From assembly GCF_009914755.1 (NCBI RefSeq), contig NC_060926.1: 64,000 nucleotides of DNA; one strand, written 5' to 3'. The DNA comes from the human T2T-CHM13v2.0 reference genome, Homo sapiens. Under the pieces are notes generated by a model. It was not told where the DNA came from. It was given only the letters and a program-made list of their open reading frames with translations, and searched no databases. Below, one piece after another: positions 18,689 through 36,072 of this stretch; the stretch's first letter is position 1; the number at the start of each line of letters is the position of its first letter. The translations under genes and the position numbers were made by a program.

Positions 18689-19658
18689 GTGTATTTGATC
18701 TCAGAACACTCCATTCTCTTTTCCTAATGTAACTCATACGTTTTCTTGAAATTCTTATTGCATAGAATTCGCTTGGAGAAATGCTGATTTTTAATTTCAA
18801 ACAAAAACAAACAAATAAAAGCATAAGAAAGGTAAAATGAATTCAGTAAGATTATGGTGGTTAATAATAAGTATAAATTCTAAATTACAACCCACATATC
18901 CTAGTACTAGAGGATGCAAAAATTTGATTCATAAAAAGAGAACCATAAATAGTTGTTGTAACGGTTCAATAAGCGTTCTTATTAAATAAGCCAATGTTTC
19001 ATAAATGTTATATCATATCATTATTTGAGAGAATGCTTTTCTTTCTCTGGTTTCAGTGTTTCTGTCTTTTCTTTGGTCTTGCAATTGATTAATTTTTCAC
19101 AGTTGTTTAGGAGATGATATAAATAAACATATATATGTAGTAAATGCATAAATATTAAATGAGATCTGACAAACACATACATCTGTGAGTGTAACTCACA
19201 TGCCTACCAGAATATAGAGCATCTGATTCACTCATACTACTTCCCAGTCAATTCCACCAACCCCAGAGAAACAACAATTTTTATCTGACTCGTTTTCTTT
19301 ACAATAGTTTAATCTCTTCTAGAACCTCATATAAATGGAATCATACAATATGTAATCATTTATGTTCCATTTCTTTCACTACAATAATGTGCAATGAATC
19401 CATATTGTTGCCAATATCAGCACTTTATTCCATTTTATTACTGAGTAATAGTTCATTGTATAAATATGTCATTATTTAGTTGTCCATTCTTGTATGGGTA
19501 TGTTTTTGGATATTCTCTGTGTATTAGTTTAGGTTCTCCAGAGAAACAGAACCAACAGAATACAAATAGATTTATTATAAGCAATTATCTCATGCAGTTA
19601 TGGAAGCTGAGAAGTTCCACAATCTTCAGTCAGCAAGCTGGAGACCCAGGAGAATAAC

Positions 19659-20375
19659 TGCTATGGTCTGAATGTTTGTAACCCCCCAAAATTCATATAT
19701 TCAAATTCTAATCCCCAAGATGATGGTATCAGGAGGTGGGGCCTTTCGGGAGGTGATTAGGTCATAAAGGTGGAGCCCTTATGAACATAATTGGTGACCT
19801 TGCCAAAGAGGCCTCAGAGGCAGGGTGCAGTGGCTCACAAATCTTAACACTTTGGGAGTCCCAAGGCGGGTGGATCACGAGGTCAGGAGATTGAGACCAT
19901 CCTGGCCAATGTGGTGAAACTCCATCTCTACTAAAAATACAAAAATTAGCTGGGCGTGGTGGTGCACGCCTGTAGCCGCAGCTACTCAGGAAGCTGAGGC
20001 AGGAGAATCACTTGAACCTGGGAAGTGGATGTTGCGAGCCAAGATAACGCTATTGCACTCCAGCCTGGCGATAGAGCAAGACTCCGTTTCAAAAAAAAAA
20101 AGAGGCCCCAGAGACGACTTATAAAGAGGATGTGCCCATTTTACCATACAAGTGACCTCAAAAAAGAGGTCCTGCTCCTTGCTCACTTTACCAAGTAAGG
20201 ACACAAGTAGAAGGTGCCATCTTGGAACCACAGAATGAGCGCCCACCAGACACTAAGTCTACTGCTACTCTGATCTTGGACTTCTACCTTCTAGAACTGT
20301 GAGCCATAAATTTGTCTTGTTTATCAGCTACCCAGTTTATGGTATTTTGTTATAGCAGCCCAAACTGACTAAGAC
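19659..20375 (+). mobile_element. MLT1A-like LTR, split by an Alu
   Basis: tgctatggtctgaatgtttg... to ...ttgttatagcagcccaaactgactaagaca. Confidence 0.9.
19819..20098 (+). mobile_element. Alu (AluSc-like)
   Basis: Alu dimer. TSD aaagaggcctcaga (19805-19818) / aaagaggccccaga (20099-20112). Confidence 0.95.
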
Positions 20376-21248
20376 AGTGACAGTGACTCAAGACTGGCAT
20401 AGTTCCAGTCTTAAGTCCAAAGGCCCGAGAATCAGGAGAGCTGATTATGTAAGCTCCAGTTTGAGTACAAATCCAGTGGTAGAAGACTGATCTCCCAACT
20501 TGAATATAAAGGCAGGCAGAGAGTGAGTATTCCCTTTCTGATACTTTTGTTCTATTCAGACCATCAATGGATTATATGATGGCCTTCCTACATTAGAGAG
20601 GGCAATCTACTTTATTTAGTCTACAGATTCAAATGCAAGTCTCATCTAAAAACACCATCATAGACACACCCAGGATATTGTTTAACCAAATACCTGGGCA
20701 CGCCATGGCCCAGTCAAGTTGACACAAAAGAAACCAACACATCCGTTTGGGGATTTGTAAGTGAATTTGTAAATAAACACTTTTATTTCTCTCTAGTAAA
20801 TCCATAAAAGTGAAATTGTTAGGCTGCCTCATTTTCTAATTTTGGCTAGTCTAGTGGGTATACACTATTACTTAATGTGGTTTTAATTTTCATTTTACTA
20901 AATCTTACTTTCTTGATGAAAAATATGGATGAGTGCCTTCTTATGTGTGAGTTGGCCATTTGAATATGTTCTTTTGTGCAATATTTCTTCCAGTCTTTAC
21001 CTGTTTTTTTGCTGGGTTATTTGATTTTTTATTGTTGAGTTTCAGTTCTTTTTATAGTCTGGATACAAGAGCTTATGAAAAATATATGTTTTGCATATAT
21101 ATTTTTCTAGCATGTGTCTTGCCTTTTCAATTTTTAATGATATCCTTTGATGGACATATGTTTTTAACTTTGATGAAGTCTAATTTCCAATTTTTCTTCT
21201 GTAGTTACTTCTGAGTACTGCTTAAAAATCTTTGCCTACTCCCAAGTC

Positions 21249-21329
21249 ATATATAAATAAATATATATAAATATATATTTATATATATATTTATATATAT
21301 AAAAATATATATTTGTTGTTGTTGTTGTT
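21249..21329. repeat. Compound (TA)n / (TTG)n microsatellite
   Basis: atatataaataaatatatat... followed by ttgttgttgttgttgtt. Confidence 0.9.
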
Positions 21330-23104
21330 CAATGACCTTTAGAGTTTAGCTTTTAAGTTTAGGTCTACGATACATATCAAATGAATTTTTCTATATGGGA
21401 TGAAGCAGAGGTACGTGTTTCTTTTTTTCCATATAATTACCCCATTGTTTTACCAACATTTGTTGAAAATTATTTCATTCTCCACTGAATAACTTTTTAC
21501 CTTTGTCACTTTTCGGTTCAACTGTGTACATGTGGATCAACTTCTGTTGATCCTGTTTTGTTCCATTGATCTATTTGCCATCATTATATCAACAACATAT
21601 TGTCATCTTGATTACTGTCACTTTATAGTAATCTTAAAATCAAGTAATGTAAATGTGACATTATTCTTTGTCAAGTTTGATGGTTTAGCTGTTTGTACAT
21701 TTCCAGGTAAATGTAAGAATTAGCTTCTTAATTTTATTTTAAAATACTACTTTGATTATATCTGAAATTGCATTTAATCTATAAATCATTTTAAGGAGAA
21801 TGTATATACCTTATACTGAGTATTGTCTTTCATCCATAATGGTTAAATACTTCTTCCCTTATTTAGGCTTCTTTTCATTCCCTTCACCTATATTTTCTCA
21901 CTTTCAGCATAGAAGTATTGCTTAATTTTTGTTACATTTATTACTAAGTACTTTGTGGTGTTGATATTATAGTAGATGGGCTTTAAAAATTTTTTTATTT
22001 TCCAATTGTTTCCTGTAATCATATGAAAATGATATTGCTTTTTGTATATTGACCTTCAATTTTGCTAAATCGATGTATCCAAGTATGTTTTTTTCTGTGA
22101 GGGGAGTATAATTATGTTATTTATAAATATTTTCTGTTTTATTTCCTTCTTTCCAATCTGTTCTTCACTCCCATCAGTTCAGTGATGGGTAAGGTTACCA
22201 GAACAACACAATAACATTTTGTGGTGGACATTCTTATTTCTGATCTCTAGGATTAAGTAAGTAATGATTAAAGAGTAAAGGATGATGGTAGCTACAGTTT
22301 CCAGATGTCATTTACAAAATTTAGGACGTTCTCTTCTATTACAATTTTGCTGAAAAACTTTATTATTGATGAGTGATAAATTTTATAAAATGCCTTCTCT
22401 GCAGCTCTTGGTATAGCTATATGTTATTCATACTTTATTTTGTTAATATGAGTTATAGTGATTGATTTTTAAATGTAAAACCGACTTTTCATTCCTAGGA
22501 TAAAAAGATCATTTAATCAAATCTGTATTATCATTTTTGTATATTGATAAATTCAATTTGGTAATTTGTTGACGCTTACTGTATCTCTGCTAATTAGAGA
22601 TATTAGACTGAGGTTTTTCTTTTACTGCAATGTTTTGGTCAGATTTTTGCATCAAGTTCATTCAGGCCTCATAAAGTAGGCAAGGAGTGTTCTCTGCATA
22701 ACTTTGCCAAATGAGGTTGGGTAAAACTGGTACTATTTTATCTTTAAATCTTGATATAATTCACCAGTGAACAGTTTGAAATTGACTTTGTGAATTGTTT
22801 TTGATAATGAATTAATTCCTCTATGGGATGTAGGGCTATTCATTTTTTTCTATTCCATCCAATTTCAATTTGGCAAGTTATATTTCTCAAAGAATTTCTC
22901 CATTTAATATAAATTGTTTAATACATTCGTAACAAGTTTTTTATAATATATTATCATTTTAAGCTTTATAATTTCTTTAATGATATTCTCTCCTCTGTCT
23001 GATACGTTAAATAATTTGTGTTTATTCTCTTTTCGTCTGCATGAGTCTTTCTAGGGCTTTGTTAATCTTATTAATTTTTGCAAAGATGGAGATTTGGGGT
23101 TTTA

Positions 23105-23412
<308 letters not shown>

Positions 23413-23545
23413 TTTATTTTTTTAATTTTAGACTTCAGGATACTTGAGCTTGTTTGTTATAAGGACATTACACGCATAATGGTGAGAGTTGAGCTTCTAG
23501 TGTACCCATCACCCACATATTAGATATTGTACCCAGTAGGTATTT
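23413..23545 (-). mobile_element. Very short 5'-truncated L1PB 3' end
   Basis: ttttagacttcaggatac...gcataatggtgagagttgagcttctagtgtacccatcaccca...tgtacccagtaggta. Confidence 0.75.
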
Positions 23546-25284
23546 TGGGTTTAAAATTGTTCTCTAGTGTCTGTTTTTTTTTTTATTTCATTGGTTGCTG
23601 CTTTTTCTAATTTTGTTTTTCTACTTATTTTGGATTCAATTTACTGGGTATATTTTAGATTCTTAAGGTAGACATTTAGATCACTGATTTTAAAACCTTT
23701 TTCTTTTCTAATATAATAATTTAAAATGGCAAATATCCCTATAATTGCTGCTATACATGCATCTCACAAATTTTGATATATTAGGTAGTTATTATTACCC
23801 GTTTAAAAATATTTTCTAAGATCATTTTTATATCTCTTTCCAAAAAGTGTTGTTTGTTTTCCAAATATGGGGGACTTTTCTAGAAATTGTACTATTATTT
23901 CATAATCAGAGGATGCACTATGTAATACTCCAATAGTCTGAAATTTATTGAGACTTGTTTTACGGTCAGCATATGAGCTAGTTCGGTGATTTTCGGTATT
24001 CATTTAAAAATCATGCATACTCGTTCTGCAGCTTTTGATATCATTATAAATGGATGTCAATTAGGTCAGGGTGAGTAATAATCTTCATATCTTCTATATC
24101 ATAATGAGTTTTTGTCTAACTGTTCTATCAACTGTGTGATAAAAGTGTGAAAATATTAACCTGTACTTGCAAATGTATCCATTTCTCTGCTTCTGTGTCA
24201 TGCATTTTGAGGCTCTGTTATCAGGTGTATGCACATGTTTAATCTTTTTTTTGTCTTCGTGATAGTTGTTTCTTTCAGCATTACAAAATGTTTCTCTTTG
24301 TGGTAATACTTCTTATGTTGAAGATTATTTAATTGATGTGAATACTGTCAATTAGCTTTCTTATAACTAATTTTTGCATGGAATGTTTCATCCATTTACT
24401 TTCAATCAATGTGTGCCTTTATATGTAAAGTGTATCCTCTAAGTAATATAAAGTAATGTCTTGGGCTTTTTAAACCAGCCTAGTTTTCCTTTAATTTGGG
24501 GTGTGTAGTCTATTATTTGTATGGAGTGTATACGGTTGGGCTTAAGTCTATCATCTTGCCATGTGTTTTCCATTTTTCCCTTCTTTTCTTATTTTACAGT
24601 TGATCCTTCATTTTGCTTTTTTGGGGAGTGCATCAAATATTTTTAGTTTTCCATTTTATTTTTCTTTTGACTTTATAACACCTTCATTACTTTTCTTTTC
24701 ATTGTCACTATAGAAATTGCGTTATGCATTCTTATATCTTACTACTTCATGTAAGATATTAAAATTTTGAAAATTACAGTTGCTTTTATTCATGTGTTTT
24801 GAGCTACTGCTAGTATTCCTTACAAGGAATACTAGTTCACAAAACACTCTTTATTATTACTATTATTATTGCTTTAAATTGCCACATGCCTTAGAACAAA
24901 ATTAAGGTCTTATGAATCCAATTTTTCCTCCAGTACAGGTTTTCTCTATCAAGGGTAATTTCCTTTTCAGTATTTGTCTGTTTTTAGTTTTTCTCTAGCA
25001 CCTTCAAAATAATTTTTTCTAAATATTTTTCCCAGAGTTTACTATTTTATATGTGGGAAGATAAATTTGATGTAGGATATTCTGCTGTTACTAAAAGTAG
25101 AATAATTACTTTCTTTTCTTAAATAATTATCTGTGGTTAAAAATGTGAATTTTTCATACTTTTACTTAAGAAATTAATAATAAATTATGATATGTTTCTC
25201 ATCTCCTAACTTTACATTACAATGTTTGATAGTGAGTAGTACAACAAGTACTACCAGCATTACCAGTGAACAAAACTCCTGTGT

Positions 25285-26195
25285 TATCTGTCAGTGAGGA
25301 TAGAGTTTGCTTAGAAAGAGTCCTAGGGGGCCCATGTATGCTCTCATTATTGATTCAGCAAATTATTCTACTACAAGGGGCAGTGAATCGTCTGAGCTAC
25401 ACTTTCATCAGTTTTCATTTTAATAAACCTTCCTGATTACTGTCAGATGATTTAACTACAATAGAGATGTGACTGACTCTTTGGAACCCAAATGTATTAC
25501 AGATATCCTTTAAGAGATCCCAATTGTCCAGTTATTTTTCCCTTTCAATTTGCAGCTTCTCGGTTTCCCTTTTAATATCATATTCTACTAAAAGCTGTAC
25601 TTATATCATGACTCTTCAAAGTTGATTAATAGCAAAATGAATCAAATCTTCTAGAGGCTATGAAAAAAGAATCACCATGTTACTAATCAGTGCTAAATAG
25701 CTTCACATCCCAGGCACGATTGTTTCTGAGGCTTCCCTGAGCTGATTCCTTTACTTTTGTTATTTAGCTCTGGAAACTTAGAGGCATTCTTATTGACTCA
25801 CTTTATGAATTGTTGATATCTGGCCCTGTGAACTAGAAAACCATCATCTATTAAGTGTATCAGCTACTTCGCTGTATGCTCTTTTGCCCCTTTACATGTA
25901 TTCTCCCACTTAATTGTATCAATCAATCAAAGTTTGTCACTCTTATATTCTGACCACTGGTATAAGCCTTCAAGAAAAACATGTCTTTTACGTGATGCCC
26001 ACCCCAAAATGTACTTCTTGCTCTCTGGCCATATACCTGAATATTGAACTTCCATAGTGAGGTTGTGTCTGATTCTTTAGAGAGACCTGCCCCAATGGCA
26101 TTGGACATAACTATGTGATATTGTGAATGAGAAGTGTTTGATGTTTTCTCAGTCAACATATAGCCCACCAGAAATGACACAGAGACACTTCAGAA
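25285..26195 (-). mobile_element. Probable very old ERVL-class internal (pol) fragment
   Basis: Minus-strand peptide ..SLWKFNIQVYGQ.. weakly resembles the ERVL RT-connection motif SIIKWKWYIQDRA. Weak evidence. Confidence 0.35.
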
Positions 26196-26242
26196 GTATT
26201 CAGTTAAACTGATACAGTTTAACTGATATGTTAAACATGTGA

Positions 26243-26868
26243 GGCCTCATTGTGTCCTCACATGGTCTTTTCTCTGTGTGTGCATATTCCTAGTATCATT
26301 CTGTGTCCAAATTATCTTTTCATACGAGAACATCAACCAGATTAGATTAGGGTTCACCCTAAGGGTCTCATTTAATTTAATCACCTTTTTAAAGGCTCTC
26401 CCTTAACAGTCATATTTTGAGGATATATTTCAGGGTATATTAGGCCATTCTCATGCTGCTATAAGAAATACCTGAAACTGAGTAGTTTATAAAGGAAAGA
26501 GGTTTAACTGGCTCGTGGTTCTACAGGCTATACAGGTAGCATAGCTGAGGAGGTTTCAGAAAACTTCCAATCATGGCAGAAAGTGAAAGGGAAGAAGGCA
26601 TATCTAACATGGCAGGAGGAGGAGAAAGAGTGAAGAGAGGTTAAACCAGATCTTGTGAGAACTCATTCACTATTAGAAGAACTCACTCACTATTATAAGA
26701 ACACTATTATAAGTGGGGAGGGATGTCCACCGCATGATCCAATCACCTCCCACCTCCTCCAACATTGGGTATTACAATTTGACATGAGATCCGGGTGGGG
26801 ACCCAAATCCAAACCCTATCACAGAATTTCAACATACACTTTTAGTGAAGACATGATTCAGTGCATAA
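26243..26868 (-). mobile_element. MLT1B-like LTR (partial), split by MSTA
   Basis: gtgtcctcacatggtcttttctctgtgtg...gattagggttcaccctaa...; resumes as atttcaacatac...gacatgattcagtgcataa. Confidence 0.8.
26436..26821 (-). mobile_element. MSTA-like MaLR solo LTR
   Basis: tatattaggccattctcatgctgctataagaaatacctga...gggtggggacccaaatccaaaccctatca. Confidence 0.9.
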
Positions 26869-27139
26869 TGGATACCATCGAACTAACCGAAATATCAAGA
26901 CATTCCTTTTAAGCCTTAATCCTCAGAGTAACTTTGTGTCAAGTCAAGAATGAAAAAACTTCTATGGGTAAGAGTGTAGGCAGACAGTAGAAAATAGCAG
27001 CAGGCCCTAACTATGCTTACACATAAGAATCACATTTATGTTGCATTTATCCTTTTTGTTTAATAAAAGAATCGGCTAAATGTTTAGATGCCCATTGACC
27101 AGAAGTGCAACACCTGTGTGTTCTTCGTGGTTATATGTG

Positions 27140-27710
27140 TTTATGTGGAACATTTATCACCTTTTTTTTGTGGCCCAGAATCTGAACACCATTCTTATGT
27201 TTGGAGAATCAATCCCTCACCATGTGAGTCATGGCAAAAGGCAGTGCTTGTCTTTAATCACAGATGTTAAAGTGCCAGATGCTCATTTATTCATTTCCCT
27301 TGCATCAAAGGCATGAGCATGTAACCTAGAATGTATTACCTCTGAACTTGATACTGGGAGGTAGCAAACAAGCAGGAGGATGTACCATGGAGAATACATT
27401 TTGATGCAGGTGACCGGAGCAGCAGCAGCAACAACAAGGAGTTTCCAGGGGCAGCACTGGCAGCTTATGGTATCAAGTATCAACATGTGGCCACTTTGCA
27501 AGCTCCCTACAGGGTTAATCAGCAGCAGTGTGCACACTGGTTTTGTGGCATGATTTTGCCTTTAGTTCTGGCTGCTGCATATCCCTATTATTTCCACCAG
27601 TTCTGTAAGTCAGGTTCAGCCACCTGTCTGGCAATTCTTTCTATAAATTTCTTTCCCTAAATCAACGAAAGTAAGTTTTTATTGCTTAAAAATAAGAATT
27701 TTTACTCATT
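27140..27710 (+). mobile_element. Old ERVL LTR (LTR33/LTR16-class, subfamily uncertain)
   Basis: ttcccttgcatcaaaggcatgagcatgtaacctag..., gtggcatgattttg...ttctggctgc, and a 3' end ataaatttctttccctaaatcaac...attgcttaaaaataagaa. Confidence 0.55.
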
Positions 27711-27844
27711 AAAGCTTAGTCTTAAGTGAGCCAATATATCTCTACAGTAGTGTGGGGTTGGGGGGTTGGGGGGAGTTGGAGTTGGAGAGAAAAAGGGCAT
27801 TATAAGGTTCCTGAATTTAGTTTTTAAGGTTCACATAAAACAAA

Positions 27845-28495
27845 TCCAAATTCATCCATGTCACAAGACACAGGATTTTCTTCATTTTTAAGAATGCACA
27901 GTATTCCATTGTGTATGCATACCACAATTTCTTTATCCACTGCTGGACACTTAGGTTGATTCCAGATCTTGGTTGTTGTGAATAATGCTGCAATGAACAT
28001 GAGAGTGCAGGTATCTCTTCAGCATATTGATTGTAGTACCTTTGGATACATACCAGAAGGGAGATTACTGGGCAAGTACTGCGTGATATAACTTATATGT
28101 GGAATCTAATAAATTTGAATTCACAGAAATAGGACATAGGATGATGGTTACCAGAGGCTTGAGCAGTGGGGAGAGATGGAATGAGGTGTTGTTGATCTAA
28201 GGGTATAAAATTTCAGATAGACAGGAGGAATAACTCTTGAGATCCAATGCAGAGCAGGGTGACTATAGTCAATTATAACGTGTTGTATATTTCAAAATAA
28301 CTAAATTTCAAACTTCTCACCATAAAAAATGATAGATAAGGGAGGTGATGTATGTTGTAATGAGCTTCATTTAAACAGTCCACATTTTATGCATATATGA
28401 GAACATCACATTGTACCTCATAAATGTATACAATTATGATGTGTAAATCAAAAGTATTAATAAAAATTCTAAAAGATAAAAAATTAAACAATAAA
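27845..28495 (+). mobile_element. 5'-inverted L1MA (L1MA5-8-like): antisense 27845-28072 plus sense 28073-poly(A)
   Basis: Antisense block ttcatccatg...gattactggg abuts the sense block caagtactgcgtgat...acttatatgtggaatctaa...A-rich tail. Candidate TSD aaaacaaat on both sides. Confidence 0.85.
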
Positions 28496-28639
28496 AAACA
28501 AATTATTGGCAAATAAAAAATAAAGATATTTGTGTTTAATAATAAAAGTCTTAATTTAAATAAACAAGCCCAAGACTTTTTATTCCCTTTTGTAGTTCAG
28601 ATCTGACTGAATTTATGTCCAGTAGGACTCTTAAAATCA

Positions 28640-29160
28640 GCTGTACATGTATTTCTCAATGTATACAAAAATCTTTCCAGGGTACATGAGAATTGATAGC
28701 ATTAAGATAATTCATTGTACACATATATATTTTTGAACCTTTACATATATACTTTTCATATACACATATAAACATATATAAAATGTATGTTGATTTCCAA
28801 AAGTAAGGCATTTTAGCCACAAATGATTCCACTGTTCTCTCTCTTCACTTGGCCCCTCTTCCATTACAATTCTCTTTGCATCAGTTGACTTGAGAGTAGC
28901 CACAGGTGTTTTTGTGATTTGGTTATGGGAAAGTTGAATAAATGATCTTTGAATTTAACAGGATGAATCTGTGTGGTTTGCAGTCATTTCCTTATACGTA
29001 CAGTAGTTATTGCTAGTCATTACATTGTAGTTTCCATAGATAGTTCTCCAGAACTCTTGTAGCACACAGAGCCAACTCATTTGGCATTGTGACGAGGAGG
29101 TACAAGGCCAGAAGTCATTCTATGCTATGAAGGCCATGAGAGTGCCTGGCAACAAAAGCA
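28640..29160. mobile_element. Possible hAT-Charlie-type DNA transposon fossil
   Basis: Recalled resemblance only (ggttatgggaaagttgaataa...ctgtgtggtttgcagtcatttcc...ttattgctagtcat). Confidence 0.35.
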
Positions 29161-29399
29161 TGCTGTTATTAGAGCAGAAAGATATTTTAAATTTATGAAC
29201 TAGGGAGCTTGTCTTCCATGGAGAATTTTTCCTATTATCACATGTATAAAACTATAAAGGGATTGCCCACCTAGTATGCCTCATCAATTTCCAATCAAAA
29301 TTGAAATTCTCTTCTGTCAGAAATTTACTTGTAATGTAGCTATGCAAAATAGAATTTGTCAGAATTCCTGCTTCAGTAGGTCAAAACATAGCAGCAGGG

Positions 29400-29715
29400 T
29401 AAAAGAGTAAACAGATCCACATGAGGTAATATATGAAAAAAAACTGACATTTTCCCCCAAATTTGCCAATTAATCTAAAATTTGAGGATTCTTAGTCATG
29501 AATTGTGAGGTTAAAAGAAATTCTTCATAGTGTCAGTACAGTTGTTTGATTAACCATCCCAGAGAAAACACAATGTTATCTTTCTATTCTCTCTAAAGAG
29601 TAACATATAAAATTATAGTCATATGGAAAGGAGATAAAAGAGTGTCAGCCAACAAATGTAGGAAAAAAAGTAAAATGTGTCAGGCAGTTAAGAAATAAAA
29701 ATATTCTGATGATTT
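29400..29715 (+). mobile_element. hAT (Tip100/Arthur/Zaphod-like) transposase C-terminal dimerisation-domain fossil
   Basis: Manual translation gives NCEVKRNSS, YLSILSKE and SYGKEIKE, matching hAT C-terminal motifs SCEAERxFS, LSILSIE and SYEExIKE. Confidence 0.6.
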
Positions 29716-29719
29716 TTTA

Positions 29720-30965
<1,246 letters not shown>

Positions 30966-31099
30966 CTGTGAGACTCTTGTTATGTCCTGTGACGGGAGTG
31001 CTCCTCTTTTGGGAACTAGATTACCTAAATCTATATTGCTACACATCCTTTGTAACCTGAGGGAGAGATTCTGCTACAACAGAAGTTAATACATGGGAA

Positions 31100-34249
<3,150 letters not shown>

Positions 34250-34720
34250 GATAGCACATTTTGCATGGGGACTATAATTAAGGCCATTACTTGATTGAAT
34301 TTGTAGTAATCTACTATCCTTCTCCAGGATCCATGTAGTTTTTGCAAGAGTCAGACTGGTAAATTGAATGCAGGTATGATGAACATCACCACACCCACAT
34401 CCTTTAGATCTATATGAGTGGCATTAATTTCCGACATCTTCCTTGGATAACTTAGTGTTTTTATTGTACTTTCTTGGCTTGGGAGAAAAGGACAGGAGTA
34501 AGAGGCTTCCATGTGGACTTTGCTCCTATAGTAACTTTTGCTCCACAGCCCAGAGATCCTATGTGAGGCTATGTCAACTACTAAACATGTCTATTTCCAT
34601 TATACATTATACATTCAGAGAATAGATACATTGGCCAAGAATCCATTCATTATTTTTCTCCCATTTTTCCTTACTCTAATAGGGGGCCATAATGACACTT
34701 AAAACACACTCAGTGAACAA
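34250..34720 (-). mobile_element. ERVL-class internal pol fossil (protease end and RT N-terminus), upstream piece
   Basis: Peptide QKLHGSWRRIVDYYKFNQVMALI (cf. QKTDGSWRMTVDYRKLNQVVTPI), preceded by DLKDVGVV. Confidence 0.85.
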
Positions 34721-35293
34721 AATCTTACTTTTGTCAACTGCAAGATCTCTTCTGATACCCAATACTGCTTCTCGTTCCAGAAGAACTAATTACAAAATGG
34801 TTGTGTTTGATCGAAAGATCACAAGCAGTTTTCAATTGTAATCAAGTCCTAGAAATCTGACACAGTAAATTAAAAATCTAGTCACAGCAACTGTATTTTC
34901 TTTCAAGTGGCTATTCATCCCAGCTTGCACAGGAAAATCCTAGTTTCCATGGGGCTTAGAATTCATTAGCGTGACAAGAGAAAAATAATTTAAATTGGGA
35001 TAAAGGATGAAAAATCTTGATTTACCGCAAGCTATTTAGTCTCAGTATGTCAAAACGCTGCAAATGTGCTTTCTGTTCTCTACGCCACGGTCAAGACTTA
35101 CTTAACAATTAACTATGGCACTATTCCCATAGAGCACAAATAACGCTTTCCAGATTTTTCTGTAGCAAAGCGATCCTAAAATTAGTCATTTCAAACAGGA
35201 CAGTGTGAAAAGTAATACCAATAATAACTGCACCAAGAAAACGCAAATGGAATAGGTATCTTAAATAAGTGTAGTTTAAAAATATTGAACATT

Positions 35294-35815
<522 letters not shown>

Positions 35816-36072
35816 TTGTTACCCAAGATCTGCACTATATCTCATTATTGGTTAAATTGCCAGTCACCTACAGGATGATTTCAGTGGTTTCACACAGAAA
35901 CTACTAAAAACCCCTTTTTCCACCAGTTTAAAGTGATGCTACTAAACATCTTGCTTAGAATTATTAAAAGTTCTTGAGTGAAGTAAAAATAACAGCAGCA
36001 ACAAATGGAAAGAAGAAGGAATGGAGGCACTTTCTCCAAAATGGTTTGACTAAAAAGCATTAACTCATTTAA

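Larger units (their letters stand above)
19520..20741 (-). mobile_element. MLT2B-like ERVL LTR, split by MLT1A (pieces 19520-19658 and ~20376-20741)
   Basis: tgtattagtttaggttctccagagaaacagaacc... and ...ggcccagtcaagttgacacaaaagaaaccaacaca. Confidence 0.9.

Noticed and set aside
27750-27790. G-rich tract gtggggttgggggttgggggagttgg as a functional G-quadruplex
   Set aside because: Only three runs of 3 or more G, and no promoter context.
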